64,000 bases of DNA from Pseudomonas sp. (GTDB lineage: Bacteria > Pseudomonadota > Gammaproteobacteria > Pseudomonadales > Pseudomonadaceae): NCBI RefSeq assembly GCF_028293835.1, contig NZ_JAQGNX010000179.1:49169-113168 (forward strand), in the 5' to 3' direction. How positions within the stretch are numbered: position 1 is the stretch's first letter; the number at the start of each line of letters is the position of its first letter. A program made the position numbers and the translations under genes. The notes beneath the pieces are model-generated. The model did no database searches. It saw only the letters and a program-made list of their open reading frames with translations, and had not been told where the DNA came from. Below are positions 56,360 through 64,000 of this stretch, in pieces.

Positions 56360-56858
56360 CGTTGGTTTCAGCCGTTTTCAAAGAAGTGTGCCTAACCCAG
56401 ACGTGACCGCTCCAGGTGTCGAAAATGATGTTGCGATGGCCGCTGCCGCCCACGTCCTGGCCGCTGACGACTAACCGCGACTGCACGGCAAATTGTTGCG
56501 CGGCGACGACGTTCATGCGCGCTACGTTGCCTCCCATGAGGTCGCGGCGTTGCTCGGTAAACATCGAACCACCGCCGAACAGTTTGAGCTGATACCCGTC
56601 AATGGAGCTATGGCGAGCCGATGCTTGCTGTTTGAACAGCGCCAACGCCTCGTCGATGTATCGACCGTCGGGCGCGGTGCCTCGGCGCTCCCTAGTTGGC
56701 AGCATGCAATGACACATGCCGCCCATCTTGCGCGTAGGGTGCCACAGCACAATCGCAATGCAGGAACCGAGCAACGTGCGCATCCGCGTTGGCTGGTCGC
56801 TGAAGTGAAATTCGCCTGGGGCCAGATACAGGTCAACGGCGTTGGCTGGCGCTTTCAT
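56331..56858 (-). CDS. cheD: Chemoreceptor glutamine deamidase
   Basis: [33 protein letters not shown]. Confidence 0.9.
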   Translation of the reverse strand: MKAPANAVDLYLAPGEFHFSDQPTRMRTLLGSCIAIVLWHPTRKMGGMCHCMLPTRERRGTAPDGRYIDEALALFKQQASARHSSIDGYQLKLFGGGSMFTEQRRDLMGGNVARMNVVAAQQFAVQSRLVVSGQDVGGSGHRNIIFDTWSGHVWVRHTSLKTAETNDEKDKGTGR

Positions 56859-57664
56859 GGTTTCCGATAAATAGACGGTGCGACCATCTTCAACGCATCG
56901 CTGACACCGTTGAGGCTTTCCGAGTGACTGATAATGAAATGCCCGCCGGGTTTAAGCAGTGGCAGCAGTCGGGCGACCACTTTGCGCTTAGTCTCTTGAT
57001 CAAAATAAATCATTACGTTGCGCAAGAAGATCACATCGAACTCGCCCAGCGGCGGCAACGTGTCGTTGAGATTGACCTGAATGAAAGTAACCCGGCTGCG
57101 CAGGGCTTTTTCGATCAGGAACGTACCGGCCTGATTGCCGGTGCCTTTCAGGCAATATTTCACCAGCAGTGGCTGGGGCAGGGTGCGGGCACGCTCCATT
57201 GGATAGTGGCCGGTACGCGCCTTGGTCAATACCTGAGTGCTGATGTCAGAGCCAATGATTTCCCACGGTGTGGTACTTAGACCTTCGGCCAGGACCATGG
57301 CCAAGCTGTACGGTTCTTCGCCGGATGAACTGGCGGCGCTCCACACCCGAAAAAGTTTTCCGGGCAGTGCCTGGGGCAGCACCTGTTGCCGCAGAAAATC
57401 GAAATGCTTGGGCTCACGAAAGAAATACGTTTCGTTGGTGGTCAACAAGTCCAGAGCGAGTTGCAGTTCTCCAGCGCTTTCGTGGCCCATGATCAGCTTG
57501 AAATATTCGCCGTAGCTGTCCAGTTGGTAATGCTTGAGACGTTTGAACAACCGGCCCGCCACCAGCGCTTTTTTTGCCGGCGACAGGTTGATGCCCGCCG
57601 TGCGGTAGAGCCAGGATTGAAACTGATCGAACTCGCGATCATTCAGGTTAGCGGTGGTCAGCAT
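56855..57664 (-). CDS. cheR: Chemotaxis methyltransferase
   Basis: TTNETYFFRE, WSAASSSGEEPYS, IFLRNVMIYF. Confidence 0.95.
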   Translation of the reverse strand: MLTTANLNDREFDQFQSWLYRTAGINLSPAKKALVAGRLFKRLKHYQLDSYGEYFKLIMGHESAGELQLALDLLTTNETYFFREPKHFDFLRQQVLPQALPGKLFRVWSAASSSGEEPYSLAMVLAEGLSTTPWEIIGSDISTQVLTKARTGHYPMERARTLPQPLLVKYCLKGTGNQAGTFLIEKALRSRVTFIQVNLNDTLPPLGEFDVIFLRNVMIYFDQETKRKVVARLLPLLKPGGHFIISHSESLNGVSDALKMVAPSIYRKP

Positions 57665-57683
57665 GACAATCCTTGTCGGGCGC

Positions 57684-58217
57684 TCATTGGACGTCGCTGT
57701 ACAGGCCGGTGCCTTCACCCGCGAGCCTGGACATCTCGTCGATGGACAGCACGTTATCCACCTCAAGCACGATCACAAACTTGCCCTCAACCTTGGCCAT
57801 GCCGCTAATGAAGTCCGCACGTACTCGCGCGCCGAAGTCCGGTGGCGGTTCGATCTCAGACGCAGGAATCTCCAGCACTGCGCATACCGTGTCCACCAGC
57901 AGGCCGATATCCTGGGCATGGCCGTCGTCGGTGTTCGCTTCAATAATTACCACGCAACTGCGCCGAGTGGTGCCTGAGTTCTGCCGTCCGAAACGCGCCG
58001 AGAGATCGACCACCGGCACCACCGCGCCGCGCAGATTGATCACCCCGCGTACAAAGGCTGGCATCATCGGCACGACGGTGAGGTTGCCGTATTCGATGAT
58101 TTCCTTGATGCCGAGAATGCCGATGGCAAACATCTCACCACCGAGCATGAAGGTCAGATACTGCGCCTCCTCTGCAAGGACAGCGGAGGATTGCCGAGTG
58201 GTTACGATTGAGCCCAT
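57684..58217 (-). CDS. cheW: Chemotaxis coupling protein
   Basis: QYLTFML, GVINLRGAVVPVVDL, GLLVD. Confidence 0.95.
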   Translation of the reverse strand: MGSIVTTRQSSAVLAEEAQYLTFMLGGEMFAIGILGIKEIIEYGNLTVVPMMPAFVRGVINLRGAVVPVVDLSARFGRQNSGTTRRSCVVIIEANTDDGHAQDIGLLVDTVCAVLEIPASEIEPPPDFGARVRADFISGMAKVEGKFVIVLEVDNVLSIDEMSRLAGEGTGLYSDVQ

Positions 58218-58243
58218 GCCTTATCTCCAAAAAATCGAACCCG

Positions 58244-59902
58244 TCAGAACCGGGTGAATTCGGTTTCGTCAGGGCCGGCGGTTTGCTGGGCAAACGAGCG
58301 GCTGAGCTGGGCGGGACGAGGCTGTTTGCGGCTCGCGTTGGGATTGTTGTGGGCGGGCTTGCTGATCCCGTGAACCGGTTTGGCTGCATGGGTTGCGGCA
58401 TCAAGAGTGAAAAAACTCATCGCTTGTTGCAGTTGCTCGGCCTGACTACTCATTTCTTCGGCGGTGGCCGCCAATTCTTCACTGCTTGAGGCATTTTGCT
58501 GGGTGACTTGATTGAGTTGAGTCATGGCAGTATTGATCTGCGCCACACCAGCAGCCTGTTCTTCTGAAGCCGCACTGATCTCTTGAACCAGGTCCGAAGT
58601 CTTGTTGATCGACGGGACCATTTCGTCCAACAGCTTGCCCGCGCGCTCCGCCAACTCGACACTGCTGCCGGATAACTCGCCAATTTCCTGTGCCGCCACT
58701 TGGCTACGCTCGGCCAGTTTTCGCACTTCTGCCGCCACTACCGCGAAGCCTTTGCCATGCTCGCCAGCCCGTGCCGCTTCGATAGCAGCGTTCAGCGCCA
58801 ACAAGTTGGTTTGATAGGCAATGTCATCAATAATGCTGATGCGCTGAGCGATTTTTTTCATCGCTACAACGGTCTGTTGAACCGATTGCCCGCCGTCCGT
58901 AGCTTCCTTGGCCGCCTTGCTGGCCATGCCGTCAGTGACCTTGGCGTTTTCGGTGTTCTGATTGATGCTCGCGCTCATCTGTTCGATGGATGCACTGGTT
59001 TCTTCGACACTGGCGGCTTGTTCGCTGGTGGCCTGGCTCATGGATTGGGCCGTTGCGCTGACCTGCTCCGACGCGCTGGCCAGATTGTCGGCGGCGTTGC
59101 GTACTTCGCCGATAATGTGCGACAGCTTGCCAACCATGGTGTGCATGGCATTGAGCACCATGCCGGTTTCATCTTTCGAGCCGGGCTCAATGTGCACGCT
59201 GAGATTGCCGTCGGCCAATTGGTTGGCAATGGTAGCGGCCAGTTTCAATGGGCGGGAGATGATGCGTGAGATGAGCAGGGCGAGCAACAAGCCAACCACC
59301 AGCGCGGCAATCAATGCGGCGATGATGGACAGCCTCGAGCTGATATACAGATCACCGCCGCGCTGGCTGGCAGCCGCCGCGCCGGTATCATTCAAGGCCA
59401 CCAGCTTTTCGAGGTCAACTATGACTTGGTCGAAAGCACGTTTGGACTCGCCGTTGAATAATGCTTTTGCATCGCCATCGACCGTTTCCCGTGAGGCGTG
59501 CAGCAGTTTTTTACTGATTTCGAGATAAGTCGCCCAGTCCGCAACAAATACGTCGAACAAACCACGCTCTTCCGGGTTTGAAATCAGCGGCTCATAGCTG
59601 GATTTGCGCGATTCCACCTCTTTTCTTGAATCCGCAGCTTCTTGCTCCAACTGAGCTTTCTCGGCGGCAGAATCGGCCAGAATGTATCGCGTCTCCTTGA
59701 TCCGGTGGTTGGCAACGAAGAAACTCATGCTCGAGGCCGCTCGGATTGACGGCATCCAGTCATCACGCATCTCGACCGAGCTGCTGTTGACCTCGCCCAG
59801 CTGGAGGATTGAAAACACACCGATCAATGCAGTAAGCGCGAGCACTACGAGGAACGAGGCGATTAATTTGGTCGCTATCCTGAGATCGTAAAACCATGTC
59901 AT
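58244..59902 (-). CDS. Methyl-accepting chemotaxis protein with four-helix periplasmic sensor
   Basis: TM-sensor-TM-HAMP; [27 protein letters not shown]; C-terminal EFTRF. Confidence 0.95.
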   Translation of the reverse strand: MTWFYDLRIATKLIASFLVVLALTALIGVFSILQLGEVNSSSVEMRDDWMPSIRAASSMSFFVANHRIKETRYILADSAAEKAQLEQEAADSRKEVESRKSSYEPLISNPEERGLFDVFVADWATYLEISKKLLHASRETVDGDAKALFNGESKRAFDQVIVDLEKLVALNDTGAAAASQRGGDLYISSRLSIIAALIAALVVGLLLALLISRIISRPLKLAATIANQLADGNLSVHIEPGSKDETGMVLNAMHTMVGKLSHIIGEVRNAADNLASASEQVSATAQSMSQATSEQAASVEETSASIEQMSASINQNTENAKVTDGMASKAAKEATDGGQSVQQTVVAMKKIAQRISIIDDIAYQTNLLALNAAIEAARAGEHGKGFAVVAAEVRKLAERSQVAAQEIGELSGSSVELAERAGKLLDEMVPSINKTSDLVQEISAASEEQAAGVAQINTAMTQLNQVTQQNASSSEELAATAEEMSSQAEQLQQAMSFFTLDAATHAAKPVHGISKPAHNNPNASRKQPRPAQLSRSFAQQTAGPDETEFTRF

Positions 59903-61995
59903 TGGATGATTCCTCCATGCGCAGTGCGGGTGCCTGCTTGGCGAGTAAGGGCAAGATGTTGTGGGGGTGTTGAGGTCTGTCGGGTTTCAAGCTGGACGAT
60001 GTGCGCCAGCAGCGCGGGCACGTCTAGAATCAATGCGACGGCTCCGCTGCCGAGAATGGTCGAGCCGCTGATACCCCGCAGTGCGCTGAAGAGTTTGCCG
60101 AGGGGCTTGATGACCGTCTGGAATTCACCCAGCAAGTCATCCACTACCAGTCCAGCCTTGTGTTCGGCACAGCGGACCACCACGACGTTTTCGCGGCGCA
60201 CCGGTTGGCCGTCGTGGTTGAAATGATCGCGCAAATAAACCAGCGGCAGCACTTCACCGCGCAGGTCCAGGTAACTGCTTTCTCGGGCCTGCTGGCGTTT
60301 GTCTTCGCTGAGTTCTATGCATTCCTGGACCATGTCCAGCGGGATCACATAGCTTGCCGGACCGATACCGACCAAAAAGCCGTTGATGATTGCCAGGGTC
60401 AACGGCAGGCGAATTCTGATCAGCGTGCCTTGACCCGGCTGGCTGTCCAGGTCAACCGTGCCCCGCAGCAGGGTGATGTTACGCTTGACCACGTCCATGC
60501 CAACGCCGCGCCCCGACAGGTTGGTCACGGCCTCTGCGGTGGAAAATCCCGGCTCGAAAATCAGGTTGTAGATTTCATTATCTGTAGGCGTTGCCGAGGC
60601 CGCTACCAGGCCCCGCTCCTGAGCCTTTTGTAAGATCCGGTCGCGATTAAGCCCGGCGCCGTCGTCGGCAATTTCCAAAACAATGCTGCCCGAGTCGTGA
60701 TAAGCATTCAGGTGCAGACGACCCTTGGCCGGCTTGCCCGCTGTCAGCCGCACCTCAGGTGATTCTATGCCGTGGTCCATGGCGTTACGCAGCAAGTGCA
60801 TCAACGGGTCGCCGATTTTCTCAACCACGGTTTTATCCAATTCAGTGTCCGCACCGCTGATAACCAGATCGATGTCCTTGCCTAATTCCTGGCTGACATC
60901 ACGTACCACCCGTCGAAACCGGTTGAAGGTGTCACCGATGGGAATCATCCGCAGGCGTAGCGCGCCATCGAGAATTTCTTCGACCAGTCCCGAGACCACC
61001 GAAGTGGATTCCTGCAACGGACTGCTATGGCTGCTGCGCGCAAGCAGGCTCGCCCCGGCGCTGGCAATGACCAGCTCACCGACCAGATTGATCAGTTCGT
61101 CGAGCTTGTCGGCGTTGACCCGGACGAAGTTACCTTCCTTGCCCTTGGTCTCTTGCAGCGCCGTTTGTTTGTCCGCAGGTGGCTGCACGATGACGGGCTC
61201 GACCGCGCAAGGTTCGCTGGAAATCTCAGATGGCGGCAACACGGTGTCGTGGGGGTGCGGGGCAAGGATATGGATCACACAATCGTCACGCACGAAGTCG
61301 AAAGCTTCGGTAATGGTGGTCAGGGTGGCGTCGGAGCGGAAGTCAATTTCGAAGCCCAGGTAGCAGCTCTCGGGGTCGAACGCTTCCAGGCTGGGAAACG
61401 TGTCAGTCAGGGTGCTGATGTAGACGATTTCACCCAAAGTATTGAGGTAGCGCAGGAACGACAGCGGGTCCATGCCGTTACGGAAAACGTCGTTGCCGAA
61501 GCGCAGGGAAATGTGCCAGAGCGCTGACCCGCCCGTGGCTTGGGTTTGGTCAGCCGATGTATCGACCGCAACTGCGCTCGATGCGCTGATTTGCGGGGAT
61601 GCCTGGTACGCCTGCAGGCCCCCGCGTAGGAGGGCTTCACGGTCATTTGCAGCCTGGCTTAACGTGCCGCCTTGTCCTGCGACCACCTCAACCAACTCCA
61701 GCATATGGTCGGCACTTTTCAACATCAGAGCGATTAGCGTTGCGTCGGCAGTCACCGCGCCATCGCGCAGGCGGTCCAGCACGTCTTCGACGATATGGGT
61801 AAACCCGACAATTGGCATCAGGCCGAATAAACCGGCCGAGCCCTTAATGGTATGCGCCGCGCGGAAAATCGCGCCCAGGGTGTCGCTGTCGTCAGGCTGG
61901 TTTTCAAGACGCAGTAATGACGTTTCCATGTCCTGAAGCAGTTCGCGGGCTTCAACGATGAACGTTTGCTGCGCTTGATCGAGGTTAATCGTCAC
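59899..61995 (-). CDS. cheA: Chemotaxis histidine kinase
   Basis: GTG 61995 with AAGGA RBS; [29 protein letters not shown]-terminal CheW-like domain. Confidence 0.95.
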   Translation of the reverse strand: MTINLDQAQQTFIVEARELLQDMETSLLRLENQPDDSDTLGAIFRAAHTIKGSAGLFGLMPIVGFTHIVEDVLDRLRDGAVTADATLIALMLKSADHMLELVEVVAGQGGTLSQAANDREALLRGGLQAYQASPQISASSAVAVDTSADQTQATGGSALWHISLRFGNDVFRNGMDPLSFLRYLNTLGEIVYISTLTDTFPSLEAFDPESCYLGFEIDFRSDATLTTITEAFDFVRDDCVIHILAPHPHDTVLPPSEISSEPCAVEPVIVQPPADKQTALQETKGKEGNFVRVNADKLDELINLVGELVIASAGASLLARSSHSSPLQESTSVVSGLVEEILDGALRLRMIPIGDTFNRFRRVVRDVSQELGKDIDLVISGADTELDKTVVEKIGDPLMHLLRNAMDHGIESPEVRLTAGKPAKGRLHLNAYHDSGSIVLEIADDGAGLNRDRILQKAQERGLVAASATPTDNEIYNLIFEPGFSTAEAVTNLSGRGVGMDVVKRNITLLRGTVDLDSQPGQGTLIRIRLPLTLAIINGFLVGIGPASYVIPLDMVQECIELSEDKRQQARESSYLDLRGEVLPLVYLRDHFNHDGQPVRRENVVVVRCAEHKAGLVVDDLLGEFQTVIKPLGKLFSALRGISGSTILGSGAVALILDVPALLAHIVQLETRQTSTPPQHLALTRQAGTRTAHGGIIQ

Positions 61996-62050
61996 GATGA
62001 AGTCCTTTTTACTCCGAGCTTTCGGATTTACTGCTGAGGTGCCAAGCCGT

Positions 62051-62374
62051 TCAGTGACTGGTGGTAGACCGCACCGGTAGATCACCGAAATAACCTGATA
62101 GGTCACACAACTCAAAGGTTTCAAGCACGGCCTGACTGTGCTCGACCAAGCGCATGGGGCAGCCCGACTGCTGGGCTTCGCGCTTGGCGAGCATCAGCAG
62201 TTGCACGCCAGAACTGTCTATTTCAGTCACTTGCGACAGGTCGATTTCCAACTCGCTGGACGGTGCCAGGAACGGCATTAATTGGGTGGCCAGTTCGGCG
62301 GCGGTGTAGATGGTCATCTCACCTTCAATACGCAAATGCGCAATGCCAGCGTAGATGTCGCAAATGATCGGCAT
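62051..62374 (-). CDS. STAS domain protein
   Basis: IEGEMTIYTA, LEIDLSQVTEIDSSGVQLL. Confidence 0.88.
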   Translation of the reverse strand: MPIICDIYAGIAHLRIEGEMTIYTAAELATQLMPFLAPSSELEIDLSQVTEIDSSGVQLLMLAKREAQQSGCPMRLVEHSQAVLETFELCDLSGYFGDLPVRSTTSH

Positions 62375-62386
62375 GGCCACTATTCC

Positions 62387-62755
62387 TTAGGGCATGATCA
62401 GTTTGGCGACAGCCGCCAGCATCTGCGCGGGCTGGAAAGGCTTGACCACCCAGGCACGTGCACCAGCGGCCTGGCCTTCGGCTTTCTTAGATTCCTGGGA
62501 TTCGGTAGTCAGCATGATGATCGGCGTAAATTTATAGTGGGCCAGCTTCTTCACTTCTTTGACGAAGGTGATGCCGTCCATGTTTGGCATGTTCACGTCG
62601 CTGATAATCAAGTGAACTTTTTGTCCGGTGAGTTTGCTCAATGCATCCTTACCGTCGCTGGCCTCAGTCACGTCGTAGCCCGCGCTTTTCAACGTGATGC
62701 TGACGACTTGGCGGACGCTGCTGGAGTCGTCCACGACCATTATGTTTTTAGCCAC
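62387..62755 (-). CDS. cheY: Chemotaxis response regulator
   Basis: GTG 62755; VVDDS, ISDVNMP, LTTES, VVKPF. Confidence 0.92.
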   Translation of the reverse strand: MAKNIMVVDDSSSVRQVVSITLKSAGYDVTEASDGKDALSKLTGQKVHLIISDVNMPNMDGITFVKEVKKLAHYKFTPIIMLTTESQESKKAEGQAAGARAWVVKPFQPAQMLAAVAKLIMP

Positions 62756-62765
62756 GATTGAGTTC

Positions 62766-64000
62766 CTAGAAAAAAGTGATTTCAGCGCTCGCCGAAGCGT
62801 GCGTACCGATCGACGTATTACTGCCACGGTGGTTCTGGCGCTGTTCGTCGGTAGCGTAAGTGAGTTCCATCTCGGCCAACCAGGCGTCGGCGTCGATCTC
62901 CATCGGTTGGCCGGGATTCCTGCGTGAAGCCTGGAGCCGACCGTGCAGCGCCTGCATGTTATTGCGCACATGAGCCAGGATCTGACTGACCCGGTCCTGG
63001 AATTGCAAGCTGACCAGAACCTCAGTCACCTCGTTGTGGATACCGACGCTTTCCTGCTGGAGCAAAGCTGCCGAGTCTGACAGGCGCCCGGTGATGTTTT
63101 TGAAGCGTTCAAGCACCCGCTGGATGCTGACTTGGGAACTGGCGACAGAGTCGTTGTCATCGTCAGAGCTGCTGGAGGCGGCCTGCACCAGTTGGGTAAT
63201 CGCGCCATTGATGATGTCGACCTTGGCCGACATTTTTTGCCCGGTCTCGCTGGACTGGCTCGACAGCGTACGGACCGCATCAGCTACCACCGCGAAGCCA
63301 CGTCCCGCTTCCCCGGCACGCGCCGCCTCGATGGCGGCGTTCAGTGCCAGCAAGTTGGTTTGTTGCGCGATTGCCGCAACTTCAGCGGCCATGGTCCGCA
63401 ATTCGCCAGTGTAGGCGGTGAGGTTGTGGACCTGAGCCAGCATTTGATCGCGGCTATATTGGCTGGCTTTCAGGGAATCGATAACCTTCACCAGTTCGCT
63501 GTCGCTCTGCGCCAACACTTCAAGGGCGCTGCCCTCGGATTTGCCAGACAAATTACCGGCCGCCGACTGCGAGGCGTTGACGGTTTCCTGCAACCGATTG
63601 GAAATAGCGTAGAAGCGGCTGCTTAACTCGACAATCGCGGTCTCGGTTTGCTGGCGTGAGCTTTCAACTTGCTTGGCCCAGATCGGCACCGCTTCCAGGC
63701 ATACCGCTTCAAGGCCGCCGACCGCAGCAGTGGAATGCTGCAACTGCAAGGCGGCATGGTCAGCCCTCAATGCGTGAGCCACCGCTCGGGAAAGAAGCAG
63801 GCTTTGGCGATTGGCGCTCCAGAAACCTGCGATGATTCCAACCAGTAGCAGTCCAGCAGTCCATAGCAATGCCGACATCTGCAGGCCCGCCAGGGTTAAC
63901 AGTCCCCCGCAGCCGATAATCGAGATCACTGAAGGCAGCCAGAAAAAGGCCGCGGAGCGGGGAGGGGTGGAATCGGACTCGCCGTACGATGGATGAGTGG
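62766..64000 (-). CDS. MCP-like chemoreceptor with short N-terminal membrane segment (5' end beyond window)
   Basis: [39 protein letters not shown]; frame stays open from 63929 to the right edge. Confidence 0.88.
   Translation of the reverse strand, partial: THPSYGESDSTPPRSAAFFWLPSVISIIGCGGLLTLAGLQMSALLWTAGLLLVGIIAGFWSANRQSLLLSRAVAHALRADHAALQLQHSTAAVGGLEAVCLEAVPIWAKQVESSRQQTETAIVELSSRFYAISNRLQETVNASQSAAGNLSGKSEGSALEVLAQSDSELVKVIDSLKASQYSRDQMLAQVHNLTAYTGELRTMAAEVAAIAQQTNLLALNAAIEAARAGEAGRGFAVVADAVRTLSSQSSETGQKMSAKVDIINGAITQLVQAASSSSDDDNDSVASSQVSIQRVLERFKNITGRLSDSAALLQQESVGIHNEVTEVLVSLQFQDRVSQILAHVRNNMQALHGRLQASRRNPGQPMEIDADAWLAEMELTYATDEQRQNHRGSNTSIGTHASASAEITFF

Noticed and set aside
100-63996. 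Several hundred short or antisense ORFs in the track (for example 32672-33835 +, 38530-39513 -, 18276-19700 -, 39770-40543 -)
   Set aside because: They lie opposite or out of frame to well-supported genes, lack family motifs and are expected shadow ORFs in GC-rich DNA.
1-64000. rRNA, tRNA, CRISPR array, transposase, integrase, prophage or defence genes
   Set aside because: No such signatures seen by eye; small structured RNAs cannot be excluded without a covariance-model search.

Overview
Bacterial DNA, most likely a Pseudomonas chromosome (mqo with an N-terminal signal-like segment, OprB-family porin, AAnAAnAA leaders, second chemotaxis cluster). All assignments come from motif recognition and memory; no database search was run. 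(1) 1-28.5 kb is a large CoA-dependent beta-oxidation island with no oxygenase: four heteromeric acyl-CoA dehydrogenase sets (one fused), two acyl-CoA ligases, thiolase, crotonase, two SDRs, an OYE/Fe-S reductase, a double-domain CoA-transferase, a DUF35 OB-fold protein and a DUF1302/DUF1329/YCF48/RND envelope transport module. Five copies of a 21-bp palindrome (TAACTGAC-N5-GTCAGTTA) lie upstream of its operon starts. (2) 30-44.1 kb is a separate IclR-associated catabolic module: UbiD/UbiX decarboxylase, flavin monooxygenase, VOC protein, orphan alpha/beta hydrolase, dienelactone hydrolase, CoA enzymes, MFS and porin, with no substrate I can name. (3) 46.6-52 kb is a yjfI-pspA-rhomboid-(deleted channel)-yjfKLMC cluster with twin TCACATGTGA boxes and a two-start yjfI. 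(4) mqo, a polysaccharide deacetylase and an accessory che cluster run to the right edge. Three eroded gene remnants not resolved by the ORF track were found (quinone oxidoreductase, cusA/cusF-like, ion channel). No rRNA, tRNA, CRISPR array, transposase or integrase was seen.
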